Shown: piece after piece, positions 52,815 to 64,000 of the stretch
Numbering within the stretch: the first letter of the stretch is position 1
How the letters are laid out: every line of letters begins with the position of its first letter
From: Octopus vulgaris
Taxonomy: Eukaryota
NCBI GenBank assembly: GCA_951406725.2
Contig: OX597825.1
Location: 48,112,001-48,176,000, forward strand
DNA: 64,000 nucleotides
Direction of reading: 5' to 3'
Program-made: the position numbers and the translations under genes
Notes under the pieces: model-generated
Seen by the model: the letters and a program-made list of their open reading frames with translations, nothing else
The model's database searches: none
Told to the model about the DNA's origin: nothing

Positions 52815-55800
52815 TTCTTCTTTCAAATTTTCTTCCATTTCTTGCCGAGTGTCTCCCCGACTCCTAGGGCAAAGAAACTCATAGTGTATATTGGTAGGCC
52901 ATTAAACCAAACTCAGTAGTTCGTTCATTTTTTTTTTTTTTTTTTTTTTTTAAAGTTAAATTAAAATACATGAGCAGCAACAGTTCTCACATCGACAATG
53001 CTCTTCTCAATACGTGTGATGTACCAGTTAAGACAATCTTTTGCACTTCTTGCAGGGATGGTAAGCCAGGAATCATTCTCATATAATTTTCGGTTCCCTT
53101 CTTGATCATTCCTAGTGCTCCTACGATCACTGGTATTGTAACCGCCTTGAGATGCCACATTTTCTCAATTTCAATGAGTAGGTCTTTATATTTTCTGAGC
53201 TTGTCAAACTCTTTCGCTGAGATATTATGATCACAGGGGATGCTCATGTCGATCAATAAGCAAACTTTATTGTTTTGGTCTTTCACAACAATATCTGGTT
53301 TATTGGCCTTGATGGTTCGGTCTGTATGTACTGGAAAGTCCCACAGAATGGTTATATTTTCTCCTTCAGTTACAGCCTCAGGGTGGTGATTATACCACTT
53401 GTCGGCAGTTTTGATATTATAATGACGACTTATTAGCCAGTGGAGATATTGGCCAACTCTGTCATGTCACATATTTGCCGTGCAGAGGTTTCTCCTCCCA
53501 CCTATCAGCCAATTGCTCGTGCGCTTTTTTCATTGCCATCATTTTCACCTTCTTTGCAACAATAGTTGCCGTACTTCCCTCGGGTTGTTCAGTTTGGGTA
53601 TCCTGCACGAGATCAATAGCAAATTTTTGCTTTCCTTGATGATAGAATGAAGCTTCTTTCGACTCTCGTGATTTTCCACGAGCTTTAGCATCCAGTCATT
53701 CAATATTTCGAGATATTTGGCCAGTCCAATTGTGGTTGTTTTGTAAGCTAGTTCAAATTGGATCAGGCCTCGACCTCCTTGGGCTCTGGGAAGGTAAAGG
53801 CGATCTACGTCTGCCTTTGGGTGGTGCATCCTATTACAACTCAGCAGCTTGCGTATTTTTCTATCTATATTCTTTACTTCTCTCATATTCCAGTTCAACA
53901 CATTGTAGCTATAAGTAACAACTGGAACTGCTAAGGAATTTATAGCTAACACCTTGTTACGTGCATTTAGTTCAGATTTCAGGACTGCACGAACTCTCCT
54001 ATAACATTCCTTCCTGATTTTCTCTTTCATGCTTGCATGCTGAATACCAGAGCCTTCATTTATCCCTAAATATTTGTATGTCTGTTCTTGCTCAAGCTCT
54101 CTTATGACTGTGTCAACATCTAACACGACTGAATTTGTGGTCTTCACTTTCCCTTTCTGGAAAGTGGCCTTGGCACACTTCTCAAGTCCAAACTCCATCC
54201 CGATGTCATCGCTGAATGCTTTCACGGTGCGCAATAGGCCTTCAAGTTCATTATTGTCTTTACCATAAAGTTTTAAGTCATCCATATAAAATAGATGGCT
54301 TATTTTTTTATTGGCAATTTTATACCCATACCCTGTTCTGTTTAATTCACTTGTAAGGGGTATTAGGGCTATGCAGAATATTAAAGGTGAAAGTGAGTCA
54401 CCTTGAAAAATTCCACAGTTGATGTTTATATTTTCTGAGGCAAGTACTCCATTAGAGTGGTATAATTGGAGATTCGTATTCCACAACGACATATTGTGCT
54501 TCAGGAAGTTTGAAATCACAGGGGAAATTTTAAAGATGTCCAGCGATCTCAAGATCCATGGATGCGGTATACTGTCGAAGGCCTTTTTATAGTCAATCCA
54601 TGCGGTGCTGAGATTTCTGCGCTTGTTGTGACAGTTCTCAAGGATCATACGATTGATTAGCAGTTGATCTTTGCATCCGTAAGAGCCTCGGCGGCACCCT
54701 TTTTGTTCAATGGGGAAAATATCGTTCTTCTCCATGAATGCATATGTTTTCTCCGCCAGGATAGATGTTAGGATTTTATACGTGGTGGATAGACAGGTTA
54801 TAGGCCGATAGTTTTTTGGAAGGTTGGTTTCGTTATTCTTTGGGAGTAGGTAAGTAATGCCACTTGCTAACCATTCAGGTGTTTTCTTTGGGTCTCTCAA
54901 AATTCCATTGAGCAGCTGAACTAGCTTACCGTGTGCGCACGGGAGCGATGCGAGCCAGAAATTCGGCACCCTATCTTTACCGGGGGATTTCCAATTATGG
55001 GCCTTCGTGAGTGCCTTTCTTAGGTCTGCTATTGTGATGTCTTCCCATGCTTGTTGTTGTAAATTTTGGTAGTATCCTTCAGTTTGTATAATCCAGTCTG
55101 CATTTATGTTGTACGTCTTCTTGTCACTCCAAATCCTTTCCCAAAAGTTTTGAACTTCTTCCATGGGAGGGGGGTCTTTAACGGTTACTTTCTCCTTCCC
55201 TATTTCTCTGTAGAATTTTTTGGCATTGGATGTGAACAGCTTATTTTGCTTGTAAAACTTGTTTCTCTTCTCAAATCTTCGTATTCTTTGGGCTTTTGCT
55301 TGGACTTTTTGTTTCAGCGTTTCTTTTATTGATATCAGTTCTTCTCTTGGTGAGGATCCAAATTTTCTCTTCATCTTTCTTCCTGTTCTGGATCTTACAT
55401 CATTTCCACATATTAGTTCATTTAATATTGATATTTCCCCTCTCATAAATTCAATCTCTTTTTCAATTTTACTTCTCCAGGTTTGATTTCTTCCCAGGTT
55501 TTGTTTTCTTTGTTTTTTCGGGGGCATACAGATGGTTTCAATTGCCCTAGCAGAAGCGTAAATAATTTCATTTAACTCAGTAAAATCAGGTTTTAATTCT
55601 CGTATTATTTCATTTGTTACATAGTTGCCAATTTGGATTTGTTTTTTATTGTGGTTTGTATTTGAGAGTTTATGAAGCGGTTCTCTATCATTCATACTTG
55701 TATGTCTTACAACTTCAAGCGTATTCAGGATTTTCTGCCTCATTTCTGCCATAGACTCTCTGTGTTCTTCAGCAAATGCGAGATCTTCAGTTACTGTTGT

Positions 55801-56480
55801 TTTTTCGTTTTCCTGGCTATCTTTAACAGGTACAATAGAATTTCTTGTATCTTCAGGCCTTTGCGTACTTTGGTCAGATGGCAGTCTTTCAATTAAGCCT
55901 CGTGGCGGGCTATACTGTTCATCTGATTCTTCATTTCCTTTGTGTCTTATATTTATGTCATTTTCCGTTGCGTGCTTGATCGCACTTATTTCACTGTCTG
56001 TGAGTCTGTTATTTCTAAAGATATCCCTCCTCACATTTGCTAATTTGTTCTCGTCCAAATAGGGTCTACTGTCTTGATTCCGTGTTCTCCATATACTGTA
56101 AGAGTTTGCGGTGTGTCTCTCTTGAGATGGCCTACCTAATGCATAGTAATAAGCGTATATTACTTCTTTATACTCTTCTCGGGTCCATTTGTTCCGCTTA
56201 CATTTTTCTTTCTGTGGTGGTTGTGGAGGTGAACTTGGAGGGCTCGAGTTGGGGGATTTCCCGTTCAAGTGACCGTCCATGTCCGTATTCGGAGAAGAGT
56301 TTGTGCTAGTTGATGACTTTTCGATCCCAGGCTGGCTCTTCCCTGGGGGACGCGCTTCCAGATTAACCATAGGACAAGCGATTTGGTATACTGATTTAGT
56401 TTTCCTTTTAGTTTCCAAAAACATTTTGGTGCTACGATAATGTTATCATTTTTTAGCTTTGATTGGCTCGTGGGGAGACG
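52815..56480 (-). mobile_element. near full-length R4/Dong subfamily C retrotransposon
   Basis: 959-aa ORF plus RLE end (52987-53460) and 3' UTR followed by (TAA)n on the sense strand. Confidence 0.95.
53545..56424 (-). CDS. Dong/R4 ORF: N-terminal domain plus reverse transcriptase (frameshift near 53620, zinc knuckle deleted downstream)
   Basis: KWTREE (Myb-like start), WKSPGKD, NYRPITCL, EQKGC, WIDYKKAFDS, IFQGDSLSP, FYMDDLKLY, YKYLG, GGRGL. Confidence 0.9.
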   Translation of the reverse strand: MFLETKRKTKSVYQIACPMVNLEARPPGKSQPGIEKSSTSTNSSPNTDMDGHLNGKSPNSSPPSSPPQPPQKEKCKRNKWTREEYKEVIYAYYYALGRPSQERHTANSYSIWRTRNQDSRPYLDENKLANVRRDIFRNNRLTDSEISAIKHATENDINIRHKGNEESDEQYSPPRGLIERLPSDQSTQRPEDTRNSIVPVKDSQENEKTTVTEDLAFAEEHRESMAEMRQKILNTLEVVRHTSMNDREPLHKLSNTNHNKKQIQIGNYVTNEIIRELKPDFTELNEIIYASARAIETICMPPKKQRKQNLGRNQTWRSKIEKEIEFMRGEISILNELICGNDVRSRTGRKMKRKFGSSPREELISIKETLKQKVQAKAQRIRRFEKRNKFYKQNKLFTSNAKKFYREIGKEKVTVKDPPPMEEVQNFWERIWSDKKTYNINADWIIQTEGYYQNLQQQAWEDITIADLRKALTKAHNWKSPGKDRVPNFWLASLPCAHGKLVQLLNGILRDPKKTPEWLASGITYLLPKNNETNLPKNYRPITCLSTTYKILTSILAEKTYAFMEKNDIFPIEQKGCRRGSYGCKDQLLINRMILENCHNKRRNLSTAWIDYKKAFDSIPHPWILRSLDIFKISPVISNFLKHNMSLWNTNLQLYHSNGVLASENININCGIFQGDSLSPLIFCIALIPLTSELNRTGYGYKIANKKISHLFYMDDLKLYGKDNNELEGLLRTVKAFSDDIGMEFGLEKCAKATFQKGKVKTTNSVVLDVDTVIRELEQEQTYKYLGINEGSGIQHASMKEKIRKECYRRVRAVLKSELNARNKVLAINSLAVPVVTYSYNVLNWNMREVKNIDRKIRKLLSCNRMHHPKADVDRLYLPRAQGGRGLIQFELAYKTTTIGLAKYLEILNDWMLKLVENHESRKKLHSIIKESKNLLLISCRIPKLNNPREVRQLLLQRR

Positions 56481-57007
56481 GCCATCATTGCCGTTACAAT
56501 TATAATCGTACCATTATAGCAGCCGTAGTCGGCTTATTATTGTTATTATCTTCACCATTACCATCACTATCATCATTATCACCACCATTACCATCATCAT
56601 TATCATCATCACCATCACCATCACCACCATCATCATCAATGATATTGTTTTATGTGTAGTCACAGCAGTATCTTATTATTGTTATTTTTGTTTTTTTATC
56701 ATTATCACCATCACAGTAGTGTCTGTCTGTCTCGTTGGCTGGCTTGGTGGTTGGCTGGCTGACTGTCTTCAATGCCAGAGTTCTTGCCTGTCAAATAATA
56801 CTTTCATATTTGGTTAACAATAGAGCCGAGGTGAGGTTTGTGTGTGTGTGTGTGTAGATAGATAGATAGAATATCAGCACTATTACTATCTTTTATTATT
56901 ATTATTATTATTATTGTCATTATTATTATTTTTATTATTATTATTATTATTGTTATTATTATCATTATTATTATTATTATTATCATCATCATCATTATTA
57001 TTATTAT

Positions 57008-57495
57008 TCAGTAGTTTTATTTTTATAGCGTGCTTTCACTTCACTACCGAGCACAGCTCTGTGTGCCTTGGGTACGTGCTGTGATTTGTTGTGATGCTCT
57101 GATGGTTATTGTATGGAAAGTGTTCTGCGTAGGATGTGTGCAGTGCCTAGTAGTGCAATTTTCTGTATGTTATATGTGTATGTAAGTCCTGGTGTTTTTG
57201 TTATGTATTTATCTGAATATTTTTTTATCATGCCTAATGCACCTACTATGATAGGAATTGTTTCTGTTTTCAGATTCCACATTCTAGTTACCTCTGTTTC
57301 CAGGTCTTTGTATTTTGAGAGTTTCTCCATTTCTTTTAGAGACACGTTGTCATCAGCCGGTATTGATACATCAATTAGAAAGCATTTTTTTCTTCATGAT
57401 CTCTGACAACTATATCTGGTCTGTTGGCCTTAATTTCTCTATCTGTGTGTATCGGCATATCCCAGAGTATGGTTGCTTTCTCGTTTTCTGTGACC
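57008..57495 (-). mobile_element. Dong subfamily A, short 5'-truncated copy
   Basis: Near-identical to 18090-18580. Confidence 0.92.
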
Positions 57496-57708
57496 TTATT
57501 ATTATTATTATTATTATTGTTGTTGTTATTATTATTATTATTATTATTGTTATTATTATTATTATTATTGTTATTATTATTATTGTTGTTATTATTGTTA
57601 TTTTTATTATTATTATTATTATTATTGTTGTTATTATTATTATTATTATTATTGTTGTTGTTATTATTATTATTATTATTATTATTGTTATTGTTATTGT
57701 TATTGTTA

Positions 57709-57743
<35 letters not shown>

Positions 57744-57780
57744 GTTGTTGTTGTTGTTGTTGTTATTATTATTATTTTTG

Positions 57781-57836
<56 letters not shown>

Positions 57837-58056
57837 GTTATTATTATTTTTATTATTATTATTATTGTTGTTGTTGTTATTATTATTATTATTATTATTA
57901 TTGTTATTATTATTATTATTGTTGTTGTTATTATTATTATTATTATTGTTATTATTGTTATTATTATTATTGTTATTATTGTTATTTTTATTATTATTAT
58001 TATTGTTATTATTATTATTATTATTATTGTTATTTTTATTTTTATTATTATTATTA

Positions 58057-58097
<41 letters not shown>

Positions 58098-58098
58098 G
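57496..58098. repeat. ~600-bp (TTA/TTG)n microsatellite
   Basis: Directly visible. Confidence 0.95.
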
Positions 58099-59582
58099 TT
58101 TAGTAGTTTTATTTTTATAGCGTGCTTTCACTTCACTACCGAGCGCAGCTCTGTGTGCCTTGGGTATGTGCTGTGATTTGTTGTGATGCTTTGATGGTTA
58201 TTGTATGGAAAGTGTTCTGCGTAGGATGTGTGCAGTGCCTAGTAGTGCAATTTTCTGTATGTTATATGTGTTTGTAAGTCCTGGTGTTTTTGTTATGTAT
58301 TTGTCTGAAAATTTTTTTATCATGCCTAATGCACCTACTATGATAGGAATTGTTTCTGTTTTCAGATTCCACATTCTAGTTACCTCTATTTCCAGGTCTT
58401 TGTATTTTGAGAGTTTCTCCATTTCTTTTAGAGAAATGTTGTCATCTGCCGGTATTGATACATCAATTAGAAAGCATTTTTTTCTTCATAATCTCTGACA
58501 ACTATATCTGGTCTGTTGGCCTTAATTTCTCTATCTGTGTGTATCGGCATATCCCAGAGTATGGTTGCTTTCTCGTTTTCTGTGACCTTTTCTGGTGTGT
58601 GCCTATACCATCTTTTTTCTGTTGTTATTCCATAATGTTGGCATAGCTTCCAATGTATGTAGGTTCCAACTCTGTCATGTCTGTGAATATATTCCTTTTT
58701 AGCCAGGACTGGGCAGCTAGAGATAATATGATTTATTGTTTCTTGTCCATCTCCACATATTCTGCAGTTACTTGTAATATTTCTTTTCATTACATGTCTT
58801 TGGTAATATCTGGTGGGGAGGCTTTGGTCTTGTGCTGCAATTAAAAATCCCTCTGTTTCTGCTTTGAGTCCTGAGCTTCTCAACCATTGCTGGGATTTTT
58901 CTTTGTCTATTTCTTTTGCGTTTAGTTTAGTGCAGTATTTACCATGAAGGGGCTTTTCTTGCCATCGTTTTATCATGGTTCGTTGCTGTTCTATTTTTAG
59001 TTTGGATTTCATTTGTTTTATAGCTTTTGTTGTTTCTTCATCATCTTCTTCTTCTTCTTCGTGTTTATTAGGTGGTATGATTTCTTGTTTGTATTTGTCA
59101 GCTTCCTTAAATACTGAGAACAGTTTTTTGTTTTGCTCGTGTTTTGCTGCTATCTGGATCAGTTTTCCTTCCTTCTGAAGTAGGTATTTTTGCAGTCCTA
59201 TGGTGGTTATTTTATAGTAATTTTCCAGCTGTATAAGGCCTCTACCACCTTCTATACGTTGTATATATAGTCTTTCTATGTCAGATTTTGGGTGATGCAT
59301 CCTAGATCCTGTCAGTATTTTTCTTGTTTTTCTATCTATTTTTGGACAGTCCATTTCGTGTCCAGTTAAGGATATTGTAGCTGTAACTTATAACTGGGAC
59401 AGCTAAAGTGTTGATACCTATTATCTTGTTTTTAGCATTGAGCTCTGTTTTTAGTATTGATCTAACTCGTCTATAATATTCTTTTTTTTTTTTTCTTTCA
59501 TTTGTGTGTGTTGTGTCTTATCTAGTTCATGGATTCCTAAGTATTTGTAAGTTTGGCTTTGGTCTAATTCTTTTATTTCATT
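58099..59582 (-). mobile_element. Dong subfamily A, 5'-truncated
   Basis: Near-identical to 17020-18580, with intact CRIC...HIISSC knuckle. Confidence 0.92.
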
Positions 59583-59639
59583 ATTGTTATTATAATCGTT
59601 ATTATTATTATTATTATTATTATTATCATTATTATTATT

Positions 59640-60340
59640 ATATGTTTGACTTTTGCTTTATGTCTGTAGAAATTGGCTCCAAGTCTCACCCAGAGACCTC
59701 AAGAGACAACAGGTTGGAAGTTCACGTTGTTGTTATGCCTAGTGTGCCATATATTTGGGTTTTTTTGTGTTGTACTAGTGAATGTCTAATACATAAAAAA
59801 AAAACTTTTGTTTTAAACCTTGAGATTACATAGGGAGTATTTTGCGTAGGATATGAGCAGTTCCCATGAGCACTATCTTTTGAATTTCTGCCATTTTGGG
59901 GTTTCCTGGTATCTGAGTTTGGTAGCAATCAGTCCCTTTCGCTATCATTCCCAGGGCACCTATGACAACAGGTATTGTTTTAGTCTTCAGCTTCCTCATT
60001 TTGCTGATTTCTATTTCAAGATCTTTATATATGCTCAGTTTTTGGTAGGTCTTGATAGATACGTTTATATCGATTGGGACAGTCATATCAATGAGGAGGC
60101 ATGTTCTTTGTCTGAAGTCTTTCACTATGATGTCTGGCCTATTTGCATCTATCTTTCTGTCAGTGTGAATGGTGAAGTTCCAGAGGAGTGAGATGTGGTC
60201 ATTTTCAAGCACTGGAGGTGGATTGTGTTCCCACCAGTTTTTTTCATGGAGCAAATCCAGGTTTTTGCAATTTACCCAGTGAATATATTGTGCAGCTCTA
60301 TCTTGCCTGTTGAGGTACTCTGTAGGCGCTAGAAGACTGC
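59640..60340 (-). mobile_element. Dong subfamily B, 5'-truncated
   Basis: Near-identical to 19146-19880. Confidence 0.92.
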
Positions 60341-60367
60341 ATTATTATTATTATTATTATCATCATC

Positions 60368-60486
<119 letters not shown>

Positions 60487-60519
60487 TATTATTATTATTA
60501 TTATTACTATTACTATTAC

Positions 60520-60564
<45 letters not shown>

Positions 60565-60567
60565 TAC

Positions 60568-60684
<117 letters not shown>

Positions 60685-60689
60685 TCAGA

Positions 60690-60839
60690 ATTGATTTACC
60701 AATTAAATAATAAATTGTATCCCAACTGAAGAATAAATTGAATTTGAATAACAAATTTCTATATAACATATTTTACTTTTTTCTTATAATATATAAAAAG
60801 ACAATTTCATTTCCGGGCAACGCCGCGTGCCTCTGCTAG
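60690..60839 (+). mobile_element. Helitron 3' remnant
   Basis: CCGGGCAACGCCGCG-TGCCTCTGCTAG|T terminus. Confidence 0.45.
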
Positions 60840-60840
60840 T

Positions 60841-61180
60841 CTCAACCACATTGTTTTGGGTTCAGTCCCATTACGTGGCACCTTGGGAAAGTGTCTTCTG
60901 CTATAGCCTCGGTCCGACCAAAGCCTTGTGAATGGATTGTGTATGTGTGTGTGTGTGCGTGTGTGTGTAAGTGTGTGTCTGTCTGTGTTTATCCCCCCCA
61001 CCATCGCTTAACAGCCGATGCAGGTGTGTTTACGTCCCGGTAACTTAGCGGTTCGGCAGAAGATACCGATACAATGAGTACTAGGATTACAAAGAATAAG
61101 TTCTAGAGTTGATTTTCTTTGACTACAGGCGGTGCTCCAGCATGGCCGCAGCCAAATGATTGAAACAAGTAAAAGAATTA
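60841..61180 (+). mobile_element. tRNA-derived SINE, 5' truncated
   Basis: GGTTCAGTCCC B box and GCGGTGCTCCAGCATGGCCGC tail. Confidence 0.8.
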
Positions 61181-61227
61181 AAGAATACATATACATACAC
61201 ATACACAGATATATATATGTATATGTA

Positions 61228-61308
<81 letters not shown>

Positions 61309-61357
61309 CAATAATAATTCTCTAAACGAGATATAGACAGACAGAGAGTTGTTCGTC

Positions 61358-61434
61358 GAGGAGCGGTGCCTACCATGCGTTGATGATAGGTAAATACCTT
61401 GAAACCTGGGTCCGTATGTGGCATCCGCTTCTTC
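61358..61434 (+). ncRNA. type I minimal hammerhead ribozyme (core UUGAUGA)
   Basis: Stem I CATGCG/CGTATG plus GAGCGGTGCC/GGCATCCGCTT. Core 61380-61386; stem II AGGT-AAAT-ACCT; GAAA 61401-61404; CCTGGG; GUC ends at 61412. Confidence 0.7.
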
Positions 61435-61713
61435 GGGGAATGATCTCCCTTTGCAGGATAGAGGACACCGTGATGGTGTCAGCCTATCTGGTGACGTTGA
61501 TGATCGCCTGGGGCTAAATGCATCAGTAACACCCCACCACCCTACCCTGTCCCTAGCCACATTCAAATGGCTAATGTCCCTTATGTTATGGAGCAGTTAC
61601 TGTCTATATCTCGTTTAGAGAATTATTATTGCTGTCGAACAGATTTTCGAAATCAGTAAATGTATTTACGTGAAAATCTATATATAAATATCCTGCACAG
61701 AGAGTTGTTCGTC

Positions 61714-61790
61714 GAGGAGCGGTGCCTACCATGCGTTGATGATAGGCAAATACCTTGAAATCTGGGTCCGTATGTGGCATCCGCTTCTTC
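61714..61790 (+). ncRNA. type I minimal hammerhead ribozyme (second tandem copy)
   Basis: Core TTGATGA 61736-61742, GAAA 61757-61760, GUC ends at 61768. Confidence 0.65.
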
Positions 61791-61962
61791 GGGGAATGAT
61801 CTCCCTTTGCAGGATAGAGGACACCGTGATGGTGTCAGCCTATCTGGTGACGTTGATGATCGCCTGGGGCTAAATGCATCAGTAACACCCCCACCACCCT
61901 ACCCTGTCCCTAGCCACATTCAAATGGCTAATGTCCCTTATGTTATATATATATATATATAT

Positions 61963-62021
<59 letters not shown>

Positions 62022-62446
62022 TACATGTATATGTGTGTGAAAGAGAGAGAGAGAGAGAGAAAGAGTAATACGGTACCCTTCACATATTTCCACTGCTGTC
62101 TATGTTCTGTCTTGTTTTATTTTAGTCTTAACTATTTTCGTCTGTTTGTCCATGGTGGTGGTAGTATGATGGTGGTGATGGTGACGTGAGTATTGTGTGG
62201 CGATTATAATGATGGCGGTAGTGACACTGTCATGTAGTAATAGTTGTAGTCGTAGTAGTAGTAGTAATAGCAGTGACAAATGTTGCTGATATTGTTTTTG
62301 TCTCTAAGTTTATTTTTGTCAGTTATCAGTGAAGACTGACAGCCACAAATACAGCCACATCTTGTACACATTCACTCGCGCACACACACGCACACACACA
62401 CACACATACACACACATACACACACACGCGCGCACACACAAACACG

Positions 62447-62486
<40 letters not shown>

Positions 62487-62665
62487 AAGCGTACGAACAT
62501 GGGTATCTATATTTATGCGGTGAACATATATGTATGTATATACCTATTTATTTACTACCCACAAGGGGCTAAACACAGAGAGGACAAACAAGGACAGACA
62601 AACGGATTAAGTCGATTATATCGACCCCAGTGTGTAACTGGTACTTATTTAATCGACCTTGAGCA

Positions 62666-62703
<38 letters not shown>

Positions 62704-62714
62704 CCTATCTGCGT

Positions 62715-62799
<85 letters not shown>

Positions 62800-62809
62800 A
62801 ATGTGAGCA

Positions 62810-63900
62810 CATAGCTGCAAAATACGCTGGGGAAAACAATAATCGAAACACCAAACTTACAGTAAAATCTTATTTTATTGAAGCTGAAAAAATTTCACTA
62901 ACTGTTACTCAGAGTTTCACTTCACCGCTCGGCAATGTTTCGTCAGTATTCAAACTGATCCAATAATTCATAAATCTTATAAATATTGTATTATACTGAA
63001 TATTGTATTATACTTAATGCTAACGACTGTCTGCGGGAACTGTTACATGAAATTCTGAATAACACTTCGTAAAAGTTACGCTGCCCAGGTGTAACTGTCG
63101 GATCCCTCCTTCTTGCCTCAAGCAGCGGCAATGCTTATTTATCATTGTCGTGAATGTGAGGTAGTCACATATTATAGCACCAAATTTTATGTAGGGGCCA
63201 CAGTCACCCCCGTGAAACAATGTATTTCTCTGCATAGACGCTCCTTCTCCACGCCGAAGAATTAGGCAATAAATGGATTAACAATAAATTGAATTGGTTG
63301 GTATTTGAGCACGTAATATCTTACCGGAGAATTAAGTCACAGTGTGGGTTATGCACAAAGGAACGGTTGGGGATTAATATAGCTAATGGTTATCTCATTC
63401 TGACAAGCGAAGCTAAATAAGGATTTACTGCGTACACCGAAAGACAGGGACGTTCCCATGTTACCGGACTAAGAAATGCTTGAGCCACAGAGAGGTACAT
63501 TAGTACACTACATTGCACTACTACTAAATAGGGACTTGGACGTGTGGACCCCACGATCATTGTACCACTTATCCGATATCCTTATACTATTGTAACGCTA
63601 ATCCGATATCTTTATACCCTTACCCTCTATCTGTGCACCCTCCTGCGTACATCCTCACACGAAGCCCACCTCATTTCTTACCATCCCGTGCGTGTATCCA
63701 TACAGCCATGTAACCACATACGCGTTTTTCTCGGACAATACTTTTCCTTCTCTCCGGACTTTTCCTCTTTCTCCTTTCTGACGAAGAACCATGCTCGAAA
63801 CGTCACGCACCCTCTTTTTCCAGCTTAAACTTAGCGTCACCTAATACATTCGTTTTGTTGTTTTTGTTTTTGTTTTTGATTTGCTTGCTATGTTGGACCG
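62810..63900 (+). mobile_element. degenerate Penelope-like element 3' part with terminal hammerhead-like motif
   Basis: CNCRIPPSCLKQRQCL, KFYVGATVTPVK...HRRSF, CGLCTKE. CTGACGA-AGAACCATGCTC-GAAACGTC at 63778-63804. Confidence 0.7.
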
Positions 63901-64000
63901 CTGAAATCTACAAGTTTTTTCATTCCCTCTCTGTTTATTTTCTCTTACTCTTTTCTCTTGAAAAGCGTAGGCTGGAAATATTAAAAGACATTCTCATTTT

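Larger units (their letters stand above)
61303..61945 (+). repeat. 356-bp tandem repeat array (retrozyme-like) with short inverted 5' segment
   Basis: Unit repeats at 356 bp. ~61308-61340 is the reverse complement of ~61600-61632. (TA)n on both sides. Confidence 0.9.

Noticed and set aside
56455-56495. HDV-like ribozyme at the Dong 5' end (minus strand TCCCCAC loop)
   Set aside because: Only a simple hairpin is evident; P1, P2 and P4 of the double pseudoknot could not be assigned.
57315-58176. Long poly-I/L ORFs and many YIYI, HTHT and CVCV ORFs
   Set aside because: Translations of microsatellites.
63020-63235. 71-aa minus-strand ORF as host exon
   Set aside because: It is antisense to a degenerate GIY-YIG coding region.

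Overview
AT-rich eukaryotic DNA dominated by microsatellites and transposons. The SINE and microsatellite landscape suggests an octopus or other coleoid cephalopod (inference). No intact host protein-coding gene is evident. Main contents: (i) three clusters of R4/Dong-clade (RLE) non-LTR retrotransposons, from about five subfamilies, stacked in (TAA)n microsatellites with consistent strand polarity; (ii) L1/Tx1-clade copies in the same TAA tracts but in the opposite orientation; (iii) several Penelope-like (GIY-YIG) relics with hammerhead-like motifs at their ends; (iv) a ~356-360 bp non-coding tandem repeat at both ends of the window whose unit carries a type I minimal hammerhead ribozyme with a non-canonical U3-A8/U3-G8 core, a candidate retrozyme/circRNA family; (v) solo LTRs, non-autonomous Helitrons, MITE-like elements, tRNA-derived SINEs and CR1, RTE and HERO relics; (vi) weak signs of host genes: a possible 5' exon plus ATG microexon near 9.5 and 11.2 kb, and an RFX X-box/CCAAT promoter near 50.5 kb. 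All calls were made by eye, boundaries are approximate, and subfamily letters A-E are my own labels.
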